Positions 18,251-28,060 of a DNA stretch of 64,000 nucleotides are shown piece after piece. The first letter of the stretch is position 1. Each line of letters opens with the position of its first letter. A model generated the notes under the pieces. It ran no database searches and was not told the origin of the DNA. It saw only the letters and a program-made list of their open reading frames with translations. The DNA comes from an uncultured Chloroflexia bacterium (GTDB taxonomy: Bacteria > Chloroflexota > Limnocylindria > Limnocylindrales > CSP1-4), in contig CAVUGM010000004.1 of the NCBI GenBank assembly GCA_963741085.1, forward strand, positions 141,988-205,987. Reading direction: 5' to 3'. The translations under genes and the position numbers were made by a program.

Positions 18251-19540
18251 ATGGAGACGATGACGCCTGCGCCTGTCGAGCGCGCCCGCGGACGCGTCGC
18301 GGGGACGCTCCCGATCCTGCCCGTCCTGCTGGCCGAGGCGATCCTCTGGCTTGGCTTCGGCGCCCTGCTCCCCGTCCTGCCGCTGTACCTGCAGGAGCAG
18401 GGGGTCGATACCGCGACGCTGGGCTGGATCGTTGCCGCCTGGCCGGCCGCCCGTCTGCTGGGTGAGCCGCTGTTCGGGTGGCTGGCGGACCGCGGCGATA
18501 AGCGCGTGCTGATGCTGGGCGGCCTGGTCGGGGCGGCGGTCGTGGTCCCGATGCCGCTGGTATTCACCGGCGTCCCGGCGTTCATCCTCGCGCGCGCCCT
18601 CGCCGGCCTCGCGACCGCGGCCTACGATCCCTCGGCCCGGGCGTACATCCTCGACGCCACGCCGCCCGCCGAGCGGGGCAGAGCGTTCGGGCTGTACGGG
18701 TCTGCCTCCATGGGCGGCCTCCTCCTGGGTCCCGCGATCGGCGGCCTTGGGGCGGCGATGGGCGGCGGCTACGCGTTTCCGTTCGTCTTCTGCAGCCTTG
18801 CCCTGCTGGGCTCGGCAGTGCTCCTCGCCCTGACCGTCGGTCGGCGGCCCGTGCCGCTCCACGCCGGGGACGAGGAAGAGGTCGCCCGAGCCATCGCCGA
18901 CGCGCCGGCGTCGCTCTGGAACCGCCTGCTGATGGCGGCAATCATCATCAATGTCGGCGGCTACTTCGCGTCGGGCACGTACGAGGTGATCTGGAGCCTC
19001 TGGATGACGGGCCTCGGCGCCGACCTCGGCCTGGTCGGCCTGACGTTCGCCGCCTTCGGGCTCGGCGTCCTCGTCGTGTCACCGTTCGCCGGGCGTTGGG
19101 CCGACCGGCGCGGGCCGTTGCCGTTCATCATCCTCGGCAGCCTGGGCGCGGCCGCCGCCGGCCTGCTCTACACGGCCATCCGCGACCCGGTCCTCGTGGT
19201 GCCAGTCGTCGTCTTCGAGGGAGTCTCGTTCGCGTTGCTCGGGCCGGCCCTCTTCACGGTCGTCGCGCGCGGCACGCCGATCGGCCACTCGGCGACGGCG
19301 CAGGGGATCTACGGGGCGGCCGGGACCGTTGGCACGATCGTCGCCTCGATCTCGGCCGGCATCCTGTTTGGGATCGACGTCCACCTGCCGTTCTACACGT
19401 TCGCCGCGACGATGCTGGCGTCCCTGGGGTTGGGTTTGCTCGTTGGGGGCCGCCGGCTGCTCCACCTGCGGCCGTCCTCGCCGGCGACCAGCGCCCCCCA
19501 TCCATCGCCGGCGCCGCGGGATGCCCAGGGGGCTGCGTGA
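18251..19540 (+). CDS. MFS transporter
   Basis: About 12 TM helices; motif A GWLADRGDKR and GRWADRRG; alternative start at 18260. Confidence 0.9.
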   Translation: METMTPAPVERARGRVAGTLPILPVLLAEAILWLGFGALLPVLPLYLQEQGVDTATLGWIVAAWPAARLLGEPLFGWLADRGDKRVLMLGGLVGAAVVVPMPLVFTGVPAFILARALAGLATAAYDPSARAYILDATPPAERGRAFGLYGSASMGGLLLGPAIGGLGAAMGGGYAFPFVFCSLALLGSAVLLALTVGRRPVPLHAGDEEEVARAIADAPASLWNRLLMAAIIINVGGYFASGTYEVIWSLWMTGLGADLGLVGLTFAAFGLGVLVVSPFAGRWADRRGPLPFIILGSLGAAAAGLLYTAIRDPVLVVPVVVFEGVSFALLGPALFTVVARGTPIGHSATAQGIYGAAGTVGTIVASISAGILFGIDVHLPFYTFAATMLASLGLGLLVGGRRLLHLRPSSPATSAPHPSPAPRDAQGAA

Positions 19541-20358
19541 GCGCCCCAATCTGGATCGACACCGACCCTGACGACCTCGCCCCGGTCGTCCTGGTGGCGA
19601 CGGGCTTCCTTACGATGCCCGGCTGGTACCGGCAGATGGCCGAGGCGATCCGCGCTCGCGGGGCGTCCGACGTGGTGATCGCGCCCGTCTATCCGCCCGA
19701 CTGGATCCTGAGCGCTGTCCGCGGGCTCGCACCGGTCACGACGCGCGTGGGCCGGGCGCTCCTGCAGGCCGGCGAACGGAGCCGATCACTCCCGGCGAGC
19801 GGCGGGGCGCCGATCCTCTTTGTCGGCCACAGCGCGGGCGGGATCGTGGGGCGCCTCCTGACATCGCCGGTTCCGTTCGAGGGCCGTCGGCTCGACGCAA
19901 GCGGCCGGATCGGGGCACTCGTGACACTCGGGGCGCCGCACCTGGTCGGCGACGAGGCGCGCTGGGGGCGACGCGTCGCGCACGCGGGAGCACGCTTCGC
20001 GAACCGGCACGTGCCCGGCGCCTTCTTTGCGCCGACCACCGGCTACCTCGCCGTGGCATCGCGCTCGATGGTCGGCGACGCGGCGTCGGAGGACGAGCGC
20101 GCTCGCTTCGTGCGGAGGCTCTACGACGAGGTCCACCCATCGTCGGACGAGGTGATCGCGGGTGACGGCCTGGTGCCGGTCGCGTCGGCGCTGCTGCCCG
20201 GGGCGCGCCACCTCGTCCTCGAGGATGCCTCGCACGGCCCCGGTGCCGGGGTTCCGTGGTACGGCCGGGAGCCGCAGCTCGACGCCTGGTGGCCGGCCGC
20301 GCTCGAGACCTGGCGTGACGCCCTGCGCGCCCGGCGGGAGTCCGTTCGCGCCGGATGA
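19537..20358 (+). CDS. Alpha/beta hydrolase (lipase/esterase-like)
   Basis: VGHSAGG, LVTLGAPH, GDGLVP..SA; GTGA coupling to the MFS gene. Confidence 0.8.
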   Translation: MSAPIWIDTDPDDLAPVVLVATGFLTMPGWYRQMAEAIRARGASDVVIAPVYPPDWILSAVRGLAPVTTRVGRALLQAGERSRSLPASGGAPILFVGHSAGGIVGRLLTSPVPFEGRRLDASGRIGALVTLGAPHLVGDEARWGRRVAHAGARFANRHVPGAFFAPTTGYLAVASRSMVGDAASEDERARFVRRLYDEVHPSSDEVIAGDGLVPVASALLPGARHLVLEDASHGPGAGVPWYGREPQLDAWWPAALETWRDALRARRESVRAG

Positions 20359-20449
20359 GGTCGCGCGCCCGGGTGGGGTTGACGAGCGCCGGGCGGGTTG
20401 ACCAGCTCTCGCGCCCTCCAGTCGCGTGCCGCCGCGGCATCGGCTTCTC

Positions 20450-20478
20450 TTGACATGGCGCGTGCTCCGGCGTACGGT
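20450..20478 (+). promoter_or_regulatory. Sigma70-type promoter of the microcompartment operon
   Basis: TTGACA, 17 bp, TACGGT; followed by two ATGAGCA direct repeats (possible operator). Confidence 0.6.
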
Positions 20479-20506
20479 GCGCGCATATGAGCACGTGTCC
20501 GCGCGA

Positions 20507-21505
20507 ATGAGCATGCCCACGGAGAATGCCCTCCTGCGTGCCGACGAGCCGGCATCCGGCGAGACGCGGCTCATGCTTCGCGCGGCCCAGCTCTACTACC
20601 GCCTGAACCTGACCCAGGACGAGGTCGGCAAGCGGCTGGGTGTGAGCCGCTTCAAGGTCGGTCGCCTGCTCGACCGCGCCCTGCGCGAGTCCGCTGTCCG
20701 GATCGAGATCGTTCATCCCGCGGCGCGCTTGGTCGCGCTCGAGGACGCCCTCGTCACGAGGTTCGGCCTGCGAGCCGCGGTCGTCGTCGACGTGCCGGCC
20801 ACGGGGGAGGTGTCCGACGACGAGCTCCTGGCCCGGGAAGGTGTCGCTGCCGCGGCTGCGGCGCACCTGGCGTCCGTGCGCCCCGAGGGCGCCATCGGCG
20901 TGTCGTGGGGCCGCACGATGCTCGAGCTCGCGGCCCACCTTCGACCCGGCTGGACGTCGGCCGTCGAGATCGTGCAGCTGAACGGCGCCATCTCGCGATC
21001 GGCCCGTCCCACTCGCGCGCAGGAAGTCGTCGAGCGGTTCGGGACCACGACCGGGGCGGCGATCCGCCTGATGTCGGCGCCGGCGATCGTCGGCACGGAG
21101 GGGCTGCGCCGGGCGCTCGAAGCCGATGCCTCGGTCGGGGCGACGCTGGCGGCGGCCCGGCTCGCACCCACCGCGGTCTTCGGGATGGGCGTGCTCGGCC
21201 CTGACAGCGCGCACGTCGCCTCCGGGTACCTTGACAACGCGGATGTGGCCACGCTCGAGGCTGCCGGCGCGGTGGGTGACGTCCTCGGGCGCTTCCTTGC
21301 CAAGGACGGCCGGATCGCCCTCGCGTCCCTGGACGGCCGGACGGTGGGCCTGCCCCTCGAGGATCTCCGCGCAAAGCCGCTCCGGGTGGGCCTCGTCGCG
21401 GGCGCCGGCCGCGGACCGATCGCGCTGGGGGCGCTGTCGGCCGGCATCGTCTCGGACATCGTCGCGGACCAGCGGACGGCGGAATGGGTGCTCGCGCATG
21501 GCTGA
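20507..21505 (+). CDS. SorC/DeoR(Bacillus)-family sugar-binding transcriptional regulator
   Basis: [30 protein letters not shown]; IGVSWGRTM; [10 protein letters not shown]. Confidence 0.9.
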   Translation: MSMPTENALLRADEPASGETRLMLRAAQLYYRLNLTQDEVGKRLGVSRFKVGRLLDRALRESAVRIEIVHPAARLVALEDALVTRFGLRAAVVVDVPATGEVSDDELLAREGVAAAAAAHLASVRPEGAIGVSWGRTMLELAAHLRPGWTSAVEIVQLNGAISRSARPTRAQEVVERFGTTTGAAIRLMSAPAIVGTEGLRRALEADASVGATLAAARLAPTAVFGMGVLGPDSAHVASGYLDNADVATLEAAGAVGDVLGRFLAKDGRIALASLDGRTVGLPLEDLRAKPLRVGLVAGAGRGPIALGALSAGIVSDIVADQRTAEWVLAHG

Positions 21506-22154
21506 GCAGCGCATGCCCTCCTCCGAAGAGGTCCGGGCGCTGGTCCGGAGGATCGTCGACGCCACGCTGGACGGTGCCCCGGGCGGCTCGGTGGTCACGC
21601 AACCCGCTCCCGCCGGCTCCCGGTCCGCGACACCTGCGACACACGTGACACCTGCCGCCTCGTCGTCCGCGATTGCGATCGCGATCGGCGCCGACCACGG
21701 GGCCTGGCAGCTCAAGGACGTTATCGGCAGGACGCTTGTCGACGCCGGCTATGCCGTCACCGACTGCGGCACGAACGGGCCGGAGGCGGTCGACTACCCC
21801 GACGTCGCCCACGCGGTCGCGCGCCTCGTGGCCGACGGAACGTGCCGCTGGGGGATCATCCTCGACGGGGCCGGCATCGGCTCGGCGATGGTCGCCAACA
21901 AGGTGCCCGGCATCCGGGCTGCCATCTGCCATGACCTGTCGTCGGCCCGCAACAGCCGCGAGCACAACCATGCCAACGTCCTGACCCTCGGCGCCCGCTT
22001 CGTCGGGGAGGGCCTGACGATCGAGATCGTGCGCGCCTGGCTGGGCACCGACTGGGCGCCCGGGCGGCATGCCGCACGCGTGGACAAGATCACCGACGTG
22101 GAGCGCCAATACGTGAGGCCGACCGGCGAGGGCGACAGGCGAGGGACGACCAGG
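21498..22154 (+). CDS. rpiB: Ribose-5-phosphate isomerase B domain with N-terminal encapsulation peptide; no stop, in frame with DeoC
   Basis: [49 protein letters not shown]; peptide [15 protein letters not shown]. Confidence 0.85.
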
Positions 22155-23051
22155 ATGACCGAGACCACCGACCAGCGGAACGACCTGGTGGAGGCGATCA
22201 CCCGCGAGGTGCTCGCGGCGCTGGGTTCCCCTGGCGCCCCGGGCCCCACCGGAGCGCCGGCAGACCCATGTGCCTCCTGCGTCCGCGGCTGTGCCGCCCA
22301 GTGCGCCACGAAGGTCCGCGACATCGTGGCCGGTGGCGCCTCGCGAGTGGAGTACCACGGCCAGGCCGCCGATGTCCCGGTCGACCTCGCCCGCTACATC
22401 GACCACACGCTCCTGAAGCCCGACGCCACGGCCGCCGAGATCGACCGGCTGTGCGCCGAGGCGGCGGAGCACGGCTTCGCGGCCGTCTGCGTCAACCCGA
22501 CCTGGGTCCGCCGCTGCGCCGACAACCTGCGCGGGACCGAGGTCGGCGTCGCCTCGGTCATCGGCTTCCCCTTCGGGACGAGCACGACCGAGGTCAAGGC
22601 GCTCGAGGCGCGCCGGGCGATCCGCGACGGCGCCCGCGAGATCGACATGGTGATCAACATCGGGGCCCTCAAGAGCGGCATGCGCGACGCGGTTCGCGAT
22701 GACATCGCGCGGGTCTCGGACGCCTGCCGCGAGGCCGGCGCCATCAACAAGGTGATCATCGAGACGGCCCTCCTCAGCGACGAGGAGAAGGTGGTCGCCT
22801 GCCGCCTGGCCGTCCAGGCCAGGGCCGACATGGTCAAGACCTCGACCGGCTACGCGAAGGGCGGCGCCACGGTCTTCGACGTGGCGCTCATGCGCGAGGT
22901 GGTCGGCCCGAAGATGGGCGTGAAGGCGGCCGGTGGGATCCGCACCGCCGAGGACGTGCAGGACATGATCGCGGCCGGCGCGACCCGCATCGGGGCCTCC
23001 GCCGGCGTCAAGATCGTCACGGGAGAGAAGGGCGCGCATGGCAACTATTGA
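22155..23051 (+). CDS. deoC: Deoxyribose-phosphate aldolase with encapsulation peptide and Cys-rich extension
   Basis: [44 protein letters not shown]; peptide [14 protein letters not shown]. Confidence 0.92.
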   Translation: MTETTDQRNDLVEAITREVLAALGSPGAPGPTGAPADPCASCVRGCAAQCATKVRDIVAGGASRVEYHGQAADVPVDLARYIDHTLLKPDATAAEIDRLCAEAAEHGFAAVCVNPTWVRRCADNLRGTEVGVASVIGFPFGTSTTEVKALEARRAIRDGAREIDMVINIGALKSGMRDAVRDDIARVSDACREAGAINKVIIETALLSDEEKVVACRLAVQARADMVKTSTGYAKGGATVFDVALMREVVGPKMGVKAAGGIRTAEDVQDMIAAGATRIGASAGVKIVTGEKGAHGNY

Positions 23052-23669
23052 TCTCCGGGCCTACGTCTTCCTCGACAGCCTGCAGGCCCAGTACGCGGCC
23101 TTCCTGGGGACGGTCGCGCAGGGCTTCCTGCCGCTGGCGGGCGACGCCTCGCTCTCGATCGAGGTCTCGTCCGGGCATCGAGATCAACCGGCTGACCGAC
23201 GTCGCCCTCAAGTCGACGACGGTCAAGCCGGGGATGCAGATCATCGAGCGCTACTACGGCATGCTCGAGATCCACTCGCCGTCGCCAGGCCGAGGTGCGT
23301 GCCGCCGGAGCGGCGATCCTTTCCGAGATCGGGCTCACCGAGACCGACCGGATCAAGCCCCGGGTGCTCTCCAGCCAGATCATCCGCCGCATCGACGACC
23401 ACCAGGCCCAGCTCATCAACCGGACCCGGCACGGCCAGATGCTGATCCCGGGCCAGACCCTCTACGTCCTCGAGCTCGAGCCGGCGGCGTACGCAGCGCT
23501 TGCCGCCAACGAGGCGGAGAAGGCAGCCCACATCAACATCCTCGAGGTCCGCACGTTCGGCTCGATGGGCCGCATCTACCTCGGCGGCGAGGAGCGCGAC
23601 ATCGACGTCGGCTGGCGGGCGGCGCTGGCCGCGATCGAGGGTCTGGACGGCCGCGAGGCAAAGGCCTAG
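23038..23669 (+). CDS. Microcompartment tandem-domain shell protein, permuted stacking (CcmP-like) type (two frameshifts)
   Basis: [54 protein letters not shown]. Confidence 0.85.
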
Positions 23670-23774
23670 TCGAGGGGCGACCCGACAAGGGATCAGGGCG
23701 GCCGTCGGGCGGCCGGCCACACGCAAGAACAGGACGATGGACGCGAGAAGCGACTCGGGAAGGAGAACGGATCG

Positions 23775-24083
<309 letters not shown>

Positions 24084-24092
24084 AACCCGGGT

Positions 24093-24121
24093 GGGTGCGC
24101 CGGCGGTCCGTCGGCGCACCC
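24093..24121 (+). terminator. Strong hairpin after the BMC-H gene (partial terminator or stabiliser)
   Basis: gggtgcgccggcg / cgtcggcgcaccc inverted repeat, no U-tract. Confidence 0.45.
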
Positions 24122-24146
24122 GGCCCGACCAGCAGGTGGTGTGAAC

Positions 24147-24435
24147 ATGCTGCTTGGACGAGTGACCGGGACGGTGGTCGCCAGCCGCAAGGAGCCCCTC
24201 ATCGAGGGCTGGAAGCTCCTCGTGGTGCGCCAGCTCGACGCCGCGGGTGCCGAGAGCCAGCGGGTACGTCGTCGCGGCCGACGCGGTCGGCGCCGGCGTG
24301 GGCGAGGTCGTCCTCTACGCCACGGGCAGCTCGGCCCGCCAGACCGAGATGACGAAGGACCGGCCCTGCGACGCCGTGATCATGGCGATCGTCGACACCT
24401 GGGAGGTCGGCGGGACCGAGGTCTTCCGCAAGTAG
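24147..24435 (+). CDS. Microcompartment pentamer (BMC-P, EutN/CcmL family) (frameshift near 24260)
   Basis: [17 protein letters not shown]; [29 protein letters not shown]. Confidence 0.9.
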
Positions 24436-24447
24436 CGGACGGGAGCG

Positions 24448-25915
24448 ATGAGCGAGCTCGACGAGCGCGAGATCCGGGAGATCATCGAACGGGTCCGCCG
24501 GCGCGTGGCGGCGGCCGGCGACGAGCGGCCCGGCGCGGGCCTGCGCGCGGAGGCGGAGCTGTCGGCCGCGGCGACGGCCGAGCTCGGCGACGGCATCCAC
24601 GCCACGATCGACGACGCGGTGGCGGCGGCCGCCCGCGCGTTCGCGGCCTTTGGCGGCCACGGCCTGGCCGCCCGCAAGGTCGATCATCGAGGCCATTCGG
24701 CGTGCGATGCTCGACCATGCCGAGCAGCTCGCGCGCATCGCTCACCAGGAGACCAGGCTCGGTCGGGTCGACGACAAGGTCGTCAAGAACCGCCTCGTCG
24801 CGTCGAAGGCGCCGGGTCCCGAGGACCTCGAGGTCCAGGCGATCACCGGCGACGCCGGGATGATGGTCACCGAGTGGGCGCCCGTTCGGCGTCGTGGCCG
24901 CCATCACGCCGGTCACCAACCCGACCTCCACGATCATCAACAACACGATCAGCATCGTGTCCGCTGGGAACGCGGTCGTCTTCAATGCCCACCCCAGCGC
25001 CCGGCGCTGCTCGGCCGAGACGATCCGGCTCATCAACCGGGCGATCGTGGCGGCCGGCGGACCGCCCAACCTCGTCACCGGCGTCGCCGACGCCGACGAT
25101 CGACAGCGCGCGCGCCCTCATGGCGCACCCTGGCGTGCGGGTCCTGCTGGTCACCGGCGGCCCGGGCGTCGTACGGGAGGCCCTCAAGACGGACAAGCGG
25201 GCGATCACGGCCGGCCCCGGCAATCCGCCGGCGGTCGTAGACCAGACCGCCGACATCGAGCGCGCCGCGCGCGACATCGTCCGCGGCGCCTCGTTCGACA
25301 ACAACGTCGTCTGCATCGACGAGAAGGTCGTGCTGGTGGTGGACTCGGTCGCCGACCGGCTTCTCCGCGCGATGAGCCAGAACGGCGCCTACCTGCTCAA
25401 GGAGCACGAGCTGCGCCGTCTCGAGCGCGTCATCTTCAGCGAGCCGGCCCAGCCCGGGAAGCCCGGCCACATGACGCCCGCCTGGATCGGCCAGGACGCG
25501 GCGAAGATCCTCGCCGAGATCGGGGTCCAGGTGGAGCCGGCCCCGCGCCTGCTCGTCTGCCGATGTGCCGCGTGACCACGGGCTGGCCTGGACGGAGCAG
25601 ATGATGCCGGTGCTTCCGATCGTCCGGGTCGGGACGGTGGACCAGGCGATCGAGCTGGCCGTCCGCATGGAGCATGGCTTCCGTCACACGGCGTCGATCC
25701 ATTCCACCAACGTCGAGACGATCACGAAGATGGCCCGCGCCATGAACTGCAGCATCTTCGTGACGAACGGCCCGAACGTCGCGGGCCTCGGCGAAGGTGG
25801 CGAAGGCTTCACCTCGTTCTCGATCGCCAGCCCGACCGGCGACGGCCTCACGCGCCCGCGGACCTTCTCGCGCGAGCGGCGGATCACCGTCGTCGGCGCG
25901 CTGCGGATCGTGTGA
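24448..25915 (+). CDS. CoA-acylating aldehyde dehydrogenase (EutE/PduP family) with encapsulation peptide (several frameshifts)
   Basis: [57 protein letters not shown]; N-terminal [13 protein letters not shown]. Confidence 0.9.
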
Positions 25916-26646
25916 CGTGCCTCCCCGATCCGCGTCCGCGCCGCCATCCGGGGCCGAGCTCGTCGTGGAGCCCGCCCTCGGCCTCCTGGAGTTCGATTCG
26001 ATCGCCGCCGGCATCGAAGCCGGCGACGCGATGGCGAAACGCGCCCCGATCGACGTCATCCGGGCAGGCACGGTTCACCCCGGCAAGTACCTGGTCCTCG
26101 TCGGCGGGGCGGTCGCTGACGTCGAGGAGGCGCTCGACGCGGGCCGCGACGTCGGAGCTGCCGCGCTACTCGATGCCGTCTTCCTGCCCAACGTCCACCC
26201 GGATGTCGTCGGGGCATTGCGCGGGGAGCGGCTCGACGCCGCCGGAGAGGCCCTGGGGGTCATCGAGACGTCGACCGTGGCGGCGATCCTCGAGGCGGCC
26301 GACGCGGGCCTCAAGGGAGCCGACGTGCGGCTCCTCGAGATCCGGCTGGCCGACGACCTGGGCGGCAAGGGCGTACCTGCTCTTCGACGGCCCGGTTGCG
26401 GACGTCGAGGCGGCTGTCGAGATCGGGGCCGCGCGTATCGCGGGTTCGCCCGGGATGGTTCGGCGCGTGATCGCCCGGCTGCACGTCGAGATGGCCGAGA
26501 ACCTGGCAGCCGACGGCCGCTTCGCCGCCCGGATCCACGCCACGGCCGGCACGGGTAGCGGAGCCGGGCCGGGCACGGGTGCCAGCCTGCGGTCCGCGAC
26601 CCCGCGTCCGACCGCGCGGCCGCGCCCCACGAAGGGAGCGCGGTAG
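25912..26646 (+). CDS. Microcompartment tandem-domain shell protein, PduT-like (frameshifts)
   Basis: ALGLLEFDSIAAGIEAGDAMAK..PGKYLVLVGG and ALGVIET..AADAGLKGADV..LGGK. Confidence 0.85.
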   Translation: MTCLPDPRPRRHPGPSSSWSPPSASWSSIRSPPASKPATRWRNAPRSTSSGQARFTPASTWSSSAGRSLTSRRRSTRAATSELPRYSMPSSCPTSTRMSSGHCAGSGSTPPERPWGSSRRRPWRRSSRRPTRASREPTCGSSRSGWPTTWAARAYLLFDGPVADVEAAVEIGAARIAGSPGMVRRVIARLHVEMAENLAADGRFAARIHATAGTGSGAGPGTGASLRSATPRPTARPRPTKGAR

Positions 26647-26648
26647 CC

Positions 26649-27017
26649 TTGCAGCTCGCGCGCGTCGTCGGGACCGTCGTCGCCACGGTCAAGACCCCCG
26701 GCCTGGCTGGGGTCAAGCTGCTCGTCGTGCAGCCGCTCGATCGCGACCTCCAGCCGGTCGGGGGCCAGGTGGTCGCGGCCGACGCGGTGCACATGGCCGG
26801 GCCCGGCGAGCTCGTCTACTTCGTCGCGGCCCGCGAGGCTGCCGCGTCCATGCCCGATCCGTTCGTGCCGGTCGACCATGCGATCGTCGGGATCGTCGAC
26901 GCGATCGGCTCGGTAGGGCCACACGCACGGATGGGATCGGCGGCCCTGGCCCCCGCCCGGGGGCCGGCGGTGACGCAGCCGGCACGGAAACCACGCGCCC
27001 GGAGGAGCAGGACGTGA
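26649..27017 (+). CDS. Microcompartment pentamer (BMC-P)
   Basis: LARVVGTVVATVK..KLLVVQP..VAAD..AGPGE..VDHAIVGIVD. Confidence 0.9.
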   Translation: MQLARVVGTVVATVKTPGLAGVKLLVVQPLDRDLQPVGGQVVAADAVHMAGPGELVYFVAAREAAASMPDPFVPVDHAIVGIVDAIGSVGPHARMGSAALAPARGPAVTQPARKPRARRSRT

Positions 27018-27283
27018 AGCTCGCCCGCGTCGTCGGGACGGTGGTCTCCACCATCAACGCGCCGGCACTCGACGGCCGCACGCTGCTCCTCTGCGACCTG
27101 CTGGAGCCGAGCGGCGCGATGGCCGGCGGTTACCTGATCGCGGTGGATGCGGTCGGCGCCGGTGCCGGCGAGACGGTCCTGCTCCTCGACGAGGGCAACG
27201 GCGCACGCCAGGTCCTCGCCGCGCCCGGCGCGCCGATCCGGACCGTCGTCGTCGGGATCGTCGACGAGGTGGCTTCGGGCTAG
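27014..27283 (+). CDS. Microcompartment pentamer (BMC-P)
   Basis: LARVVGTVVST..IAVDAVGAGAGETVL..EGNGAR..VVGIVD; RBS ggagga. Confidence 0.9.
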   Translation: MKLARVVGTVVSTINAPALDGRTLLLCDLLEPSGAMAGGYLIAVDAVGAGAGETVLLLDEGNGARQVLAAPGAPIRTVVVGIVDEVASG

Positions 27284-27325
27284 CCGGCGCGACACCAGGT
27301 CGGCCCGGCGGTCGATACTGCGAGC

Positions 27326-28045
27326 ATGCCGCCCCTGGATGAGCCGAGCCCGGATCGGGCCGAGCCTGGCGTCGCCCCGCGATTCGCCGCCGTCGCCGCC
27401 GTCGTGATCGCCTACGCGATCGCCATGGCCTACCTCGAATCCGCCGTGGTCGTGTACCTCCAGCGCGCCCTCGGCATCGACCCGCGGGCGCTCTATCCGG
27501 TCCAGCAGCCCGCGGTGGCCGGCACGCTGGCGGCGATCGAGGCGGGAAGGGAGGCCGCGACCGTGGTCATGCTCGCGGCGGTCGGCTGGCTCGCCGGGCG
27601 CAGCTCCCTCGAGAGGCTCGCCTGGACCGCGGTCGCCTTCGGCACCTGGGACATCCTCTACTACGCCTGGCTGTGGGTCTTCATCGGCTGGCCGCCGTCG
27701 CCCGGGACGTGGGACCTCCTGTTCCTGATCCCGATCCCGTGGGCCGGACCGGTCTGGGCGCCGGTGGCGGTCAGCCTCGCGCTGGTGGGGTTCGGGCTCG
27801 CCGCCGCACGCCGCCTGAGGGCCGGCCGCCCGGTTCGCATGGGCCGGACACAGGTCGCCGCCGGGCTCCTCGGTGGGCTGATCGTCGTGGTGGCGTTCTG
27901 CTGGAACGCTTCCCTCGTTCTCGGTGGCGGCGTGCCGACGGACTTCCCGTGGCTCGTCTTCGCGGCCGGGATGGCGATCGCTTCGGTGGGCGCGGTCACG
28001 GCCCTCCGGCCGCGCCCGCCTGATCCCGGGCCGCGCCCCGCCTGA
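27326..28045 (+). CDS. Uncharacterised integral membrane protein
   Basis: Six to seven TM segments; YLESAVVVYL, REAATVVML, WDILYY, WDLLFLIPIPW. Confidence 0.7.
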   Translation: MPPLDEPSPDRAEPGVAPRFAAVAAVVIAYAIAMAYLESAVVVYLQRALGIDPRALYPVQQPAVAGTLAAIEAGREAATVVMLAAVGWLAGRSSLERLAWTAVAFGTWDILYYAWLWVFIGWPPSPGTWDLLFLIPIPWAGPVWAPVAVSLALVGFGLAAARRLRAGRPVRMGRTQVAAGLLGGLIVVVAFCWNASLVLGGGVPTDFPWLVFAAGMAIASVGAVTALRPRPPDPGPRPA

Positions 28046-28060
28046 TCCCGGTTGGCGCGG

